NCBI GenBank assembly: GCA_028534125.1
Contig: CM052816.1
Span: 40,860,001 to 40,924,000, forward strand
DNA from: Lama glama
Taxonomy: Eukaryota
Length of the DNA stretch: 64,000 nucleotides
Direction: 5' to 3'
Part shown: in pieces, positions 37,151 through 50,795 of the stretch
Layout: each line of letters starts with the position of its first letter
Numbering within the stretch: the first letter of the stretch is position 1
Translations under genes and position numbers: made by a program
The notes under the pieces: model-generated
The model's database searches: none
Seen by the model: only the letters and a program-made list of their open reading frames with translations
What the model was told of the DNA's origin: nothing

Positions 37151-38719
37151 TCTATTTTAAGTCTTGACATTCTCTTAGACCATAATGCTTTCTATTAGTC
37201 TTTGGATATACAACAGGAATTTTTTTTTTTTTTTTAGATTTGAGACTTAAACCCTGTCTAAAAACCAAACCAAACAAAAACCTAAGTGATGAATCAAGAA
37301 AGACACTAAGAAAGAAAATCTATAATGATCAACAGTGCCTGTCACTCAATGAATGAACTGTAACTGCTGACACTTCCCTAATTAGAATAATGGGAGTGTC
37401 AGCCTAAATATGGATCAGATTTAGATGACTTTTTAACAAGATCTCTCCAAGGAAATACCATGTGGACATGTGTTCAGGAAGAAGTATTCAGCAGTAACAG
37501 AAATCCATTCTGCAGTTAATATGTTTTAAATGGTTGCCAGTTTTAATATGTTTTACCTAAAGATACAGTCATCTTACTGAAGATTATTCACACTGTGGGA
37601 AATAAGAAATGTCTTCAGTTGACTGAAAAATGTACGTCTCCAAATCTCAAAGGGATCAGGGAGGAAATAGGCATTTTATTCAGCCCGCAATGAAGGGTAT
37701 TGTGCAAAAGAATTCTAGGATTTCTGCAGTGAATTAAACAGTAATACAAATTCCCATCATGCCACTCTCTATATATATCATCTCTTTGACCTGATTTCCT
37801 TGATTGTTAGTGAATGCACAGTTGGAAGAATAAAACTTAAATTATTAATCTGATGAGTTGCTATGAATATAGAAGAGTGAAGAAACCAATTAAATCCATG
37901 ACAGGATGAGATTTCTATTCTGTCAGGACAAGGGAATTACACCTATAAAATATGTCTGTTGTGTCATCTGGTTTTTTTTAGAAAAGTGATGATCATAGAC
38001 CCAGTATTCTAAAACATACAATATATGGCACTTTACTGAATGTTTACCTTTTAAGAATCAGTAGTAACATCTTACTTCAATCTTTAAGAGGCACAAGGAT
38101 TGGATTTACAAATTAATAATGCATATTCTTAAACATCTTGGATATAAATATTCACTAATTAAAAAAACTAATTTGTCATTTCATCCTTAGCTTTGAGCCA
38201 GTTTTTCCAGAAGTGGCTCAACATGGAAAACCAAGTTTTCATGTATGTAGTAAGAGGTCAGTGTTACCATGCATGCTTTTAATTTGATAACGTGGCAATT
38301 TTTTCTTACTATGCATTTTAAGTGGTTTATTAAGCATGTATTAGTCTGAAAGTAGATGGAGTAATAAACAGCAACACCTGCTCTTCCCAAGTTTGGAAAC
38401 AATTTTAAAATAAGACAGAAGTACTAACAAGCAAACAACAAAAAATGTTATCATTTCTACTAATGAGTATGTACAGCATTGAGCCCAGGATTCCTAGTTT
38501 CACCCTATTTTAAATAACAAAAGCAAGTCCCCCTGCTTAGCAGACAATACCTCTATTACATCCCTTTTTTAGCATTAAAGTATTTATCTCTAAAAGATAA
38601 CTAATTAGTCAGATCATCCTTTCTCCAAAAGCATCCGTGCTCTGAAAAGCAGAAAGCAATTTTGAACAAAGGCATTTCTAAGACTTGATATTTAGCCCTT
38701 AAAACCCAACCTAACACAG

Positions 38720-38805
38720 CAATGTGAATGCACTTAATGCTACTGAACGGTGCACTTAAAAATGGTCCAAATGGTATATTTTAACTCACAAAAACACACA
38801 AAACA
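38720..38805 (+). mobile_element. Very short L1MB 3' end
   Basis: caatgtgaatgcacttaatgctactgaacggtgcacttaaaaatggt is the L1MB terminal motif, followed by an A-rich tail. Confidence 0.75.
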
Positions 38806-40354
38806 GAATGACAAACAAGCTAGCTCAGTTCCCTGCCTCCCTTCTTACAGTATTAAAATTTTCTCATCTCCTGAAACTCTTAGTCAACAAATATCCGACA
38901 TGAGCCCACTTGGATCTGAGGTACGATGAGATTCCTAGTTATTGTTTAAAATTATGATACCAAGTCTGAAACTCAAATGTGTATAAGATGTCCTGACTAC
39001 ATAAAAAAAAAAGTAATATCCACTCAAAAACTATATTTGACATAATCAAATCCAGTCTGCCATTTGTCATTATACATAGACATTTTGGGGGCAAGTGGCT
39101 ACATCCTAGTCTTAACTTGTACAGTGACTATTTAATTTTTAAAAGTTTGTTGACACTCTACTTTCTTTAAAATGTTTATTTTCCTAAATGCTAGGGATCA
39201 CAAAGTATTTTAAAATTATGTATATGCTCAACATGTAATCCTAGTAGTTCACTAGAGTAAAAGGTTTTGGTTGGTTTGTTTTGCTGTTGTTGAATTTAAG
39301 TCACAACTGATTGTTTTATAATTACATAGTAATATTTTATAGTACAAAGCTATTATATGGTATTTTGAAATACATGCAGTCATGCAAATACAGTAAAATA
39401 CTATTTTAAAATCATCCAAGAGTTTATTACTAAGTCAAAACCATGTGGCTAAGGCGTTTGGTAAGAACATATTTTATTTACATAGGAAGTCATTAATTAT
39501 TATTCATGAGAGAGTAAATATGACTATTCACCTAATTAAAGATCAAACCCAAGTATAAATTAGAGTGTGTGCTTATCTGGAATGCTTATTGGTGAGGATC
39601 AGAGATTCATTTCCACTCCTGGGTGTATGCACATTCTGTGCATTTATAAATATATCCCTGCTAGGAAGATATTAACCAAGGACAGAGCAGCAGCGAAGAG
39701 AAAACAAATGCTTTGAAACTTGATTATTAAAAGCAGTTTACTAATCTCCAAGCATCTCCTGTGATTCACTTAGGAGTTAAGTATCTGTCTACCTAGGTGA
39801 GCTCATACAGGTACCTACTCTCACATGTTTTGTCTTAATTATAATTGAGAAACTCCCACAGTGAGTTTTCCTTGGGGGCTTGTTTACAGATTTGACTAAC
39901 AAATAGAACAATGCAAATCCAGGTGTTTAAACATTTACATTTCTGGAAGTCAACCAATGTCTGAAATTCTAACTACCGAAATGCGGGACATTTCTACCAA
40001 CAAGGCATATTTGCAAATCACAGAAGAACATGTTTTTTTTCCCACCCCAAACAGAAGAAAAACACCCTCTAGCTTTAAGAGCTATAGATACTACTGCTAG
40101 GGTTTTCCTCTGGGAATCCTTGCTGAGAAATATTGGATTTGTTGTTCTCAAGTGCTTTATAGTATTACTAAGAATAGGATTTCTATTGAAAAAAGGATAA
40201 AGATACAAATTTATTTATTTGCAAGTGTATTTTCTTTCTAGTTAGTGAATGTTTGAAATACACAAAGGATGGGTGTTGATTTTTGGATTTCTTACCTTAT
40301 CCCTGACCAGAGCCTTTTTAGAAACTGAAGACATGCCACTAACAAAATACCTAT

Positions 40355-40560
40355 TATTTATTTAGTGTTTATTCATGTGGCAAGTATTGCACCAAGCCTT
40401 TTCTAGATTATATTATTTAATTTTCCCAAACTCCTCCAGAAAGTAGGTGTTATTATCTTTTATAGAGATGAAGAAACAAGCAAGATGGGTAAGATTCCCA
40501 TGGTGTCAAGATTGGTGGTTCCCAGAGCTGTCTCTTTAGCCTACATTCTTAACCACTAGC
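40355..40560 (-). mobile_element. MIR (MIRb-like)
   Basis: tttatttagtgtttatt...gtaggtgttattatcttttatagagatgaagaaac...cattcttaaccacta. Confidence 0.75.
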
Positions 40561-40979
40561 ATGTGTGTGTGTGTGTGTGGGGGGTGTCAATATACATGAG
40601 CATATGTAAATACATATCCTTAAACTGAATTATTTCCCATCAGAATCCTCCCTCTTTTATACATGTCCTTCCTGCCTTTATCTCTTTACATTTAATACAT
40701 ATTTATCTCTATCTATCCTACCCTTTGTTTCTCTCCTTTCTTCTGCTGCCAAATTTTAAAATGTGTTTGTAAATTTTACCCAATGCCCCCGGTTTCTCAT
40801 CTTCTGCACACCCTTAGTTCATTGCAAGGTGGCATCTACTCTCAATAGGTTTTTGTAGTATAGACTATGTCTACCGAATTTTTAAAAAAGCAATTTTCCA
40901 AAACTCCAGAGATGATGATTCAATTTGTCTATGGTAGAATCCAATAATCTGGATTTTTTTTTTTAACAAATAACTGCTG

Positions 40980-41780
40980 TCATTTTCTCTAATTCTTCTC
41001 CTCAAGCATGATTGTTTTTGGTTGCGTTTTTCAAAATTTCTGAATCTACATGGATTTATCTACATGTGCTCACCTCTTACGTGCTGATTACGAGCTAAAG
41101 GTAGTCGGCCAGCCCTCTCCTCTCCCACCTCATCTTCAGGGTCCTTTATCTATATATCCATGCTCCAACCACCAGCTAGGAAGACATGCTTCTCTAATCT
41201 GCCTCTCCAGTCCAGACTTGTTTTCTGATTTTTAGATCTTTATATGAGATGTCCTGTATATTATCTATGCCTGGATATCCCACAGGCTGCTTAAATTCAA
41301 AATAGCTCAACCTGACCCCATTGTGTCTTTTTATAACAAATTTGCTTCTCCTCTGTTCAGTATCTTAGTTAATGATGGTGCCATCCCAAGTAGGAAACCT
41401 GAAATCCCTTCTCAGTCACACCCCACATCCAACTGGTCACCATCAACTGCATCTTCATAATACATTTAGAGTGTATGCCATGTTCCTTCACTCTTTCTAT
41501 CTGTCATCATCTGTGATGTAGACTTTTTTGTCTGACAGTGTCATGGTTTTTCTTATTCCAACTTTTGTTTCACATTTCTATTCTTAATATTGCTGCAAAA
41601 GTGATGATTTTAATACAAAAATATAGCTATATCCCCCACCAGTGATCAAAAATTTTCAGTACACCTCTTTCTTCTATAGTCTGAATGTGACAATTGAACT
41701 TTTATGTTTTGGACCCTGCCTATGTGTCTTCTTTCATGACTGTGTAGTAATCTCTTGCATTTTAAAATCTGTCCATGCAA
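40980..41780 (+). mobile_element. L2 LINE internal/3' region
   Basis: tctccagtccagac...cctggatatcccacaggctgcttaaattcaaaat...tcttagttaatgatggtgccatcc...ccccacatccaact. Confidence 0.75.
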
Positions 41781-41824
41781 TTCACTCACAAATATGCAAG
41801 TTAATCCTGAAATTGTGTAGCTTT

Positions 41825-43245
41825 TACTGGTTGGAAAGCAAAATGGTACAATTTTAGCAATTTCTTGCAAACTTAAACACAATCTCACCATAGGATACAG
41901 CAAGACCACTCCTAGGTATTTACCCAGTTGATCTGAAAACATGTGTTCACATAAAAACATGAAGAGTAATGTTTAAAGACGCTTTATTCATAATTTCCAA
42001 AAACAGGAATCAACCAAGATGTCTTTCAACCAGTGAGCAGATAAACTGGTACATCCATACAAAAAAATTTCAAAAGAAAAGAATTATCATGCCACTAAAA
42101 GAGACAGATAAATCTGAAATACATATTACTAAGTGAAAGAAGACAATCCTTAAAGACTATATCTTTTATGATTCCAATTATATAATAGTCTGGAAAAGGC
42201 AGAACTATACAGATGGGAAAAAACTTAGTGGTAGTCATGAATTGGGGGATAGAAGGGGAGTTTTGAACAGATAAAGGACAGAGGATTTTTAGGACAGTAA
42301 AACGATTTTGTATGGTATTGTAATGGTGCATGGTGACTTACTCATTCTTCAAACCCATATAAATTTACAGCACAAAGAGTAAACCTTAAAGTGTAAAAAT
42401 AAAGGAAAAGCTCATTCAGGCAGTTGCAGATCCCAGGAAGGAAAGCAGACTATGACAAGGGAATCAAATTGTACCTCAGGGCGAGGAGATGGGGGAAAAG
42501 ATCCTTACCTAAGCCACTGGGGCAATGAGTGAAGTCTGTGAGACTGCACTGCAGACAAAGGGACCGCACGTAAGGGCTGTACTTCAGTTGATAAAGTTGT
42601 GTCCCAAAACACCATGAGTAAAACCCATACAAGTACACTATACACGTATACTGCAGGTGAACAACTAAATGAATGCATGATGAACGGTGGGAATCAGTGT
42701 TCTCAGTTGGAGAGGGAATGTGTAGGTAAGAGGAAGAGGCTAGAATGATTCATATGATAATGGGTTAGCGTTAGAGGGATTAGTGTAAACTCATGATAAG
42801 TTTAATATAGATACAGATGTTAACATATAGAAATACTTATGCATGTGTGTACACAAGGAAGATGGGGGAAAACAGCAACTTTGGAGCAGAGAAATCTGAA
42901 AAACACCACCTTGGCCAGGTGACCAAAGTCATTACCAACAGTGATACATACGTGGATATTATGCACCATGCTGTGAAGACAAGCGTCCTCTACCTTGTGG
43001 TAGTATTCCTATCAAAGCCCCCTAACTACAATCTAGTCATGAGGAAAACACAAAAATTCTAGCAGAGGGGCATTCTAAAAACTATTTGACTAATACTCCT
43101 CAAAACTGTCAAGGTCATTAAGAACAAAAAAATTCTGATAAACTGTTAATGGCCAATAGCAGCCTATGGAGTCTTGACAAACAGACGTAATGCTGGATCC
43201 TGGAGGAGCTACTGGAACAGAGAAAGGGCACTGGATAAAAACTGC
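41825..43245 (+). mobile_element. L1MC3-like ORF2 end and 3' UTR
   Basis: ccactcctaggtatttaccca, ctggaaaaggcagaactata, gatcccaggaaggaaagcagactatgaca and ctcctcaaaactgtcaaggtcat. It is paralogous to 7871-11403. Confidence 0.88.
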
Positions 43246-44887
43246 ATAGACAAAGCAACTAAAGAATGGTTCATTACATGTGTATACTATATATTGATAA
43301 AATTCCTTTATAATAACTCATTTGAGATTGTAAGAGTGTATGTATTTTTATACTAATCATACCAAATTCTAAAACTTACAGAAATCTCTATAATAAAGCA
43401 TACTATAAGCTAATACCATTTCAACACTTTGCAGAAATGCCTACTTCTATGAAGCTAAAAAATTACATATGAGGGGACACTTATTCTGCAAGAGGTGGGC
43501 TAACTTCCTGTTATTATAGTTTATAAAGAAGCAATCCAAACACAGTTTGCAAATTTTCCAGTAATATTCTATTTCCCTAAGTTTTATCAATATTTTTGTT
43601 CTATTTATGAAAACCATACATTATTCAAGAAACAAAGATTTTCTAGAATGTACAATAACACTTTTTGGGCTGCTATCTAAGAAGGCTCCACTCAGCTCCG
43701 CTTCTGAATAAGGCTGATTTTCATATAAATTGTGTGATATATTATCATTTGCACTGCACATACATCACTTTTCTCCTTCATACTGAGATATTCATCTGGT
43801 GTGAGATGGTTAAGGTTGATGGGGGGGGGGAATAAAAAACCAAGTTAACTCAGGGCTTTTCTACTTTAAGAATTAGAATGCTTTGCCATTCTCCAATGTG
43901 AAAATGAGAAACCTTTTGAATTGACTGTGTTCTTAAAACTAGCCTGCCCGCCTCCAGTGGAAGAGCTTTCGGATTATGAGATTTGATTCACAGGGACCTG
44001 CTAACCAGCCTCGAGCTCTGCCAGGGTTATAAAAGTATTATTTTCAACAGCATGATTTTTATTAAGTGTTTTATTAGTTTCTTTTCCTCTGATTTTATTT
44101 ATCCTTTATTTTAATATTCATGCTTTCCCCATTATGATTCTGGAATACAGGTGACTTTTTCATAACTCCTTTAGAAACTGTAATGTAAATAACCACAAAA
44201 CAAATAATGGTATCTACCAACTGCCCTTCCTGATGCTTCAAAGTTTGAAGCTATGCCTATATCTATAGGAAAGCAATATTATCTTGGGGTTTGGTTCCCC
44301 ATTTGTCATTGGCTAAGCATTTGACAAAATGGTTTCTATTCTAACATAGTTTAAAAAGGAACATAACCAAACACTCAACACAAATCAAAGGGCATCATGA
44401 GCTATGTCTCAAGGGGTTCATTCTATTTTCACTGAAGTGATCAGAAATTAAAGCCCATTTCCTGGAGAAAAAGGCAATGATCTAGAATTTTTCACATGGC
44501 ATCTCCTTTTCCTGACCTTGTGTCTAAACATTACAGCACCAGAAGTCTACAGAATCAAAAGCCAGTTACTCTGCTCCAGGGCAGCATATTTCTGTTTTTG
44601 TTTGGGTGATAAAACCAGTCAAAAGGTAAATTGAAAGTATTACTAACTCACTATCTAAATCATTTACTGTTGCTGGAAGCACCAAATCATCATTACCAAA
44701 GACATTATGATAATGTTTGCTAGTGAAAGGTTCGTAAAATTACTTTTTAGGCATTAATTCAAGAGTGGAGATTTTTTCCCCCTAAGTTTTGAAAAGATGT
44801 TTTGTAATTATTGCATTTCTCTATATTGCAATCTATATGTCAGTCATTACATGCTAAAATTACATATTCCTATTAATAGGAGTACAC

Positions 44888-45265
44888 TGCTATGGACTGA
44901 ATTGTCTCCCCAAAATTCATATGTTGAAGCTTTACCCCCCAATGGTACTATATTTGGAGATAAGTCCTATAAGAAGGTAATTAAAGTTAAATGAGGTCAT
45001 AAGGGTGGGGCTCTGATCCAATAGGATTAGTGTCCTTATAAGAGACACCGCAGAACTCACTCTCTCTTCCTGTGTGAGCATTGAGGAAAGGCTGTGTGAG
45101 GACTCAGAAAGAAGGTAATAGTCTGCAAGGTCTTACTAGAAACCAAATTGGCTGACACCTTGATCTTGGATTGCCAGCCTCTAGAACTGTGATAAATTAA
45201 ATTTCTGTTGTTTAGGCCATGCAGTTTATGGTATTTTGTTATAGCAGCCTGAGCTGAATAATACG
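44888..45265 (+). mobile_element. MaLR solo LTR, MLT1A/MLT1A0
   Basis: tgctatggactgaattgtctccccaaaattcatatgttgaagc...ccagcctctagaactgtga...tatggtattttgttatagcagcctgagctgaataatac. Confidence 0.92.
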
Positions 45266-46694
45266 TAAATCTACTGAATTGTTAATGAAGACATACGCAC
45301 ACACTATGCTTTTACACCTCCCCCAATACCACTTTCTCAAGCTTTTTTAAAAACCTTTTACTCAGTGTTTTTTCTCCATCATTAATTAAATCTTTTTTTG
45401 TGTGTGTTTTTTTTTTTCTGTATAATTAAATGAGTGATCACAGTCAGTAGAGACAACACTGTTGGTCATCATTTTACACTTCCTGCTTACTTGAAGAGAC
45501 TTGAATTTATTCTAGTGTTTGCTCTCATACAATATAATTATGTGGTAAAATGTGCTTGTTTTAAACCACTGAAAGTGCTCTTACTATTAGTGTTTTTTGG
45601 TGGGCATGTGAGATATTCTGATCAGTGAAGTCTTATCTTTGTTAAAAGGCTTCTCATTGTTAAAGGTGGAAACAGAAAAATGAGTAGCCTTGGGCTTGCC
45701 TAGATATTATTGTCTATGGCTATGACATCTAGAACTACTTTAGCTTCTTGTAAACATGAGAAGCATTCACTTAGGTGGAAATTGATATACTGAGATAATA
45801 TGGCAGAAAGATGAAAATAATCTAGAGTCAGAGTATTCTCAAACCTCAAATTAAGCAGTATTGCAGTGTTCCTACATCCAGACTTTTTCTTAGGCAAGAT
45901 AATAAATGTCTCCTTCTGTTTATAAAGTATTAAGTTGAATAATGAAAATTATATATGATAATTACATTTTCATTTATACAGTCAGAAATTAAAATGACAT
46001 GACTTCTACTTCCTTTGTTTTCAACACAAAACTTCTGAAATGATTTTAATTCTTTAGTATATTCAATAAATGTCTTTCACATTAGAGAGGAAAAACACAC
46101 TTTGTATTAAATTATACTTCTTATATTTCAGTAAAATACAAAAAAGTATAAAAATCTCTGGAAGTGCTATATAAGAAATAAATAATAGTTCATATAAGGA
46201 TACTGGGAACTAGCACTGGAAGTTGAGGGTAGAAGGGAGAATTTCCATTTTATGCAATTTTATATTTTGAGTTTTTAGAAAGTTGTAAATATATTACCTA
46301 TTAAAAATTAAATGTTTAAATTTTTAAGAAGTAGAGACTGAGGAGGCTGTTAAAATCAGATACTTAAGGGAAGTGAAAATAAAAAATAGTGCTCAAACTA
46401 TTAATACTTTGAACTTATATACAGAGGTTTATATGTAATGATCTTATATACAGAGGTCTACATTTAATGAACACAATTATTGGGGTGTCATCAACTACTT
46501 CAACATTTTTCCTTATCAATCCATGCTGGCTTTACAATTTCTAACCTGATATCTAGTAGATTTCTCTTAAATTTCTAAGCTTGTTTATTTCTTATTGCCC
46601 TTTCTAAATATCTTTATACAAAAACTTGTGTTCAGTGTGATCAATAAGAATCAGAGTATATAAAACCAAAAATTTATTTATTCAGCACTGACTT

Positions 46695-47295
46695 AAGATA
46701 CATGCACCTCAATGTTCATAGCAGCACTATTTACAATAGCCAAGACATGGAAACAACCTAGATGTTCATTGACAAGTGACTGGATGAAGAAGCTGTGGTA
46801 TATATACAATGGAATACTACTCAGCCATAAGAAATAATAAAATAATGCCATTTGCAGCAACATGGATTGACCTAGATTGTCGTTCTAAGTGAAATAAGCC
46901 AGAAAGACAAAGAAAAATACCATATGATATCACTTATACATGGAATTAAAAAAAAAAGATAAACAAACTTATTTACAAAACAGAAACAGACTCATAAACA
47001 TGGAAGACAAACTTGTTACCTGTGAGGGGGGCCAGTGGGAAGGGATAAATTGGAAGATCAAGATTTGCAAATATTAACTAATATATATATATAATAGATA
47101 GATAAGATTTACTGTATAGCACAGGGAACTATATTCAATATCATTTAGTAACTTATGGTGAAAAAGAATATGAAAATGAATATATGTATGTTCATGTATG
47201 ACTGAAGCATTATGCTATACACCAGAAATTGGCTCAACATTGTAAACTCACTATACTTCAATAAATATATATATACACACACACACATAAAAACA
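46695..47295 (+). mobile_element. Camelid/artiodactyl L1 3' end (5'-truncated)
   Basis: aagatacatgcacctcaatgttcatagcagcactatttacaatagccaagacatgg...tactgtatagcacagggaactatattcaata...ctatacttcaataaa, then a TA/CA-decayed tail. Confidence 0.92.
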
Positions 47296-49805
47296 TGGAA
47301 AACACAGTTAATATAGAGTACTTAGAACATGTACAGTCTAATAAATAATACTTTAAATGTAGAAAATCATCAAAGTTTAAAACATCTTAAATTTCTAGTA
47401 TATAACACTAAAATAAATACGGTGCTTTATATTTACAAAAGTCTTACAAGCTGCCTAGTGGAATTGGACGTAGGAAAACACTGTGGTTCCTTGAATTGAA
47501 AAGAGATTACTTGGAAAGAAGGACATTAGGTTGACTCTAAAGATAAATGACTGTAGTTCGTTGTCCTGTTTTGTTTTGTTTTTTTTAATGCACTGGCTTA
47601 AAATAGAAATCTAGCATTTGTTGTTTGGACAATTACCTCCTTATATAAAGAAAAAGCTCATATGGTGCCAAGTGAGAACAGATGCTACAAAATGGCACCT
47701 TCCTCTACTCAGCTTTATAGTTGCTAATTTCAGTTGCCTACGAAAGCTTCTCAATTCCACTTAAAGGAGATGGTAACTGTACTGTGTGAAGCTTTCATTG
47801 TTAATAATTTATTTATTTTTGTAGCCTTGTCTCACATAACAATGTGATTTATTTAGGCTTTATTATTTAAATCTTCTCATTACTCTAAGGCTTTCTCTTT
47901 TATTCACTATTTGGATTCTCATAACCAGCATTCTTACTGATGTTTGAGATGCTGTATTAAACACTTTTGTCAAGAAAAGTAAACAATTTAGGGATAACAG
48001 CCTTGTGTATACCAGTTAACATATACAGACAACTAGTATTAGAGAATGAAGGTAAGTCAATCAAGCGTGTATGTGCATCTGAGGAGGGTACATGTATGGG
48101 CTGCTTCATTCGGCTCAAAGCAATTTTTTGCCTTGATCTGTTATTATCTACTAGGGTCATGCCAAATCACTTCATGAAATAATCAGACTTGAGCTGACAC
48201 ATTTTCATATTTTGATGGTTATATTCCCGTGTTGCATTTGAAAAATCTGTGCAGTGTACTATAGAAATATACTATAAAGCAAGAGAGAAAATTATCCAAT
48301 GGAATTGAAATCAGCAGGATCCTTGGATCTTAGATTTCCATTCTGAGTAGAGTGAGTTGCACTTGTGTTACTTGATTTGGAGGAAATCTTGTTAAAATTC
48401 TTACTATTAAAAAAAAGAATAGATTCAGGCTGTGTCCCATATCAAATGCTAAGTTAGAGTGAGGCAGAGAGAGATCATATTACAGAGCAGTTTAATGTTA
48501 ATAACTACCATGGACTATCTTGGAATAAAGGGAAACAAGGCCTTAAACATACTCTTTTCATAAGCTCTTGTTTTCAGCTTATAAAACTAGACAGTGTTTC
48601 TTCTGGGCAGAGGGAAAAGACTTTGGCTTTTCACACAGGTGTTCTGATAAAGACTAGCCTATCTCATAGATGACATACATCTAAATATTGTCATCTTTAG
48701 ATTTGATCAAGTTCTCATCTTTATGTACAAGAAACAATTGTGGTAAAAGTTAAAAAAAAAGAGGAAGAAGCAAGGAAGGAAGGGAAGGAGACTAAAATTA
48801 ATAATTTTATCTTCAGTTCTCTTCTTCCTCTCATTTTGGTTCAGTATCCATTTATTTACAAACATGTCTACTCTTTCACCAGTCCCCAAACGTACTCTTT
48901 TCTTCCAGTACATCTGATGTGGATTTACGTAAACTAGTCACCTTGAATAAAAGGCAGCTCTAACTGCCATACTTACTTTAAAAAAGACAGAGTTTAGAGA
49001 GAAGCAGCAAACTGGGGACAAAAATATGGATGCTACTCTAAAAATTGAGCCGTCCCATGGTTTAAAGGAATTAGTTACAGGAAAGTAATCCGATACTGAG
49101 ATGAAACTGCAAGAACTAAAGTACAGAGGTTCTGATAAAAATTTTAAACATCACTGGAAAAGAAAATGTGTTTAAATTTCTCATTCCTATCTATTAGTCA
49201 TAGAATTTTTTAAACCCAGTTTCTGGGTTCTTAAAAGACAAATGCTAATTTACTATTACAGATTCACAGATGTCTTATGCATGCTATAGGGAAGTCCCAC
49301 TGGTCATTCCACATATTTTATTCTTCAATTGTTAATAGAAAATGTGGAATGCTTTCATATTAAAAGAAATACAAAAATATTTTTTAAAATACTTTATACT
49401 TAAAGCAACCGAAAATATCAGTAAATACATTTTTCCTCATCTCATTAAATTCATGAACAACTGCAATACTACTAAATTAATGCTGAGGATGTAAGAGAGC
49501 CACTCAGGGTAAAAATGTGGAATAAATCATTTAATCCCCAAACTAGCAGTTTATCACTGGGTTTAAAAAAACAACTGAGGTGTGTACTTTTTGGACCATC
49601 GAAGCCCAATTGAGAATACCACCCTTAAACTTTCAAAGTGATATCTTGATTAATTTCATTAATGTTGAAATAATAATTTAAGAAATACAAGGCAGATTAA
49701 GAGCTGACCTAAGATATTTGCAAGACATTCTCATTTCATACTTCATGTGCTGTTCACTCTGTTTCTCCTGTATCCCTGAATGCAAAATAAAGATCTTATC
49801 CTAAC

Positions 49806-49973
49806 CAGGAATTCCTAAACCTTTTCTGGAGCACTGATCATTTTGAGAATACAGAAAAAAAAGTACATACGTGAACATCCACAAACTGCACACAATGTAA
49901 AGGTTTCATATATACTATACAAAAGGCCATCTGTGTTCTGTAAGTTTTTGTATATCCAGATTAAGAACCCCTG
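49806..49973. mobile_element. MER117-like hAT-Charlie MITE
   Basis: Termini caggaattcctaaacct and agattaagaacccctg, with internal ttttgagaat. Confidence 0.6.
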
Positions 49974-50424
49974 GCCTAAAACAGTGTTTTTTCAGCCTAT
50001 AGGCTTTTCTAAACCTCCTACCACCATCATTAGGACTTCTTAAAATGACAGACACCCAGTAGGTGCTCATCAACTATTAGTGGTTAATGACAATGAACAT
50101 CATTTCCTTCCCCTTGCACATACAGTAATCTGAAATCATCTGCCATGTAAATCTGCCAAAAATATTCAGCCCTCTTCTCCTATTTCCCATGATACTGAAG
50201 CGAAGCAATTTTAGAGGCTGAATCAGCCTTTCAATAACTAGGGATTAACAGAATCTAACAGAATCAAAGCCTCAAGTTCATGAGAAAACCAAAATGTCCC
50301 AATTCGATAGGACCTAGTTCCAAAGCCTCAAAGGCTCAGAAGACCAGTGAGCTTAGGCAAAGGCAAGTGAAAATCATACGCAATTATATTGGAATCTATT
50401 CAGAATGAGAAGAGATGCCCTCCT

Positions 50425-50795
50425 GGGAGTGGCAGCAATTACCAGCTCTCATCATTATTCATTCTTCCCCTCCTTCCTGATACCCAGAAGTCAAAAATGT
50501 CCACCCTGCTTACAATTAGTCAGGGTAATGTGACAAGTTCCAGTTGACGGAATATAAACAGAAGTCATTAAGTGTCACTTCTTGCCTGAGACAATGAAAA
50601 GCACCTGATCTAGCCTCTAGCTCACTCAAACCATGACCGTGGCCCTGGAAACTCCATGTTTCTACTGCAAAACCATATGAGAGGGTCTTAAAAGTCATTT
50701 GGAAAGGAGTTCCCCTAGAGAAATAAGCTTAGGCTACTAATATTTGGGGGCTTATTTGATAGCTCAGAATGGCTAGCCTAATCTAACTAAGACCC
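50425..50795 (+). mobile_element. MaLR LTR (MLT1H/I/J-like)
   Basis: aatgtgacaagttccagttgacggaatataaacagaagt...tgtcacttc...atttgggggcttatttg...ctagcctaatctaactaagac. Confidence 0.7.

Noticed and set aside
40296..40338. Minus-strand 43-nt segment bounded by TTTTGTTAG and AAG|GTAAGA
   Set aside because: The pyrimidine tract is short, the peptide is unrecognisable, and it is next to a MIR; likely a pseudoexon.
48018..48057. Perfect plus-strand donor GAAG|GTAAGT
   Set aside because: There is no credible upstream acceptor or recognisable peptide.
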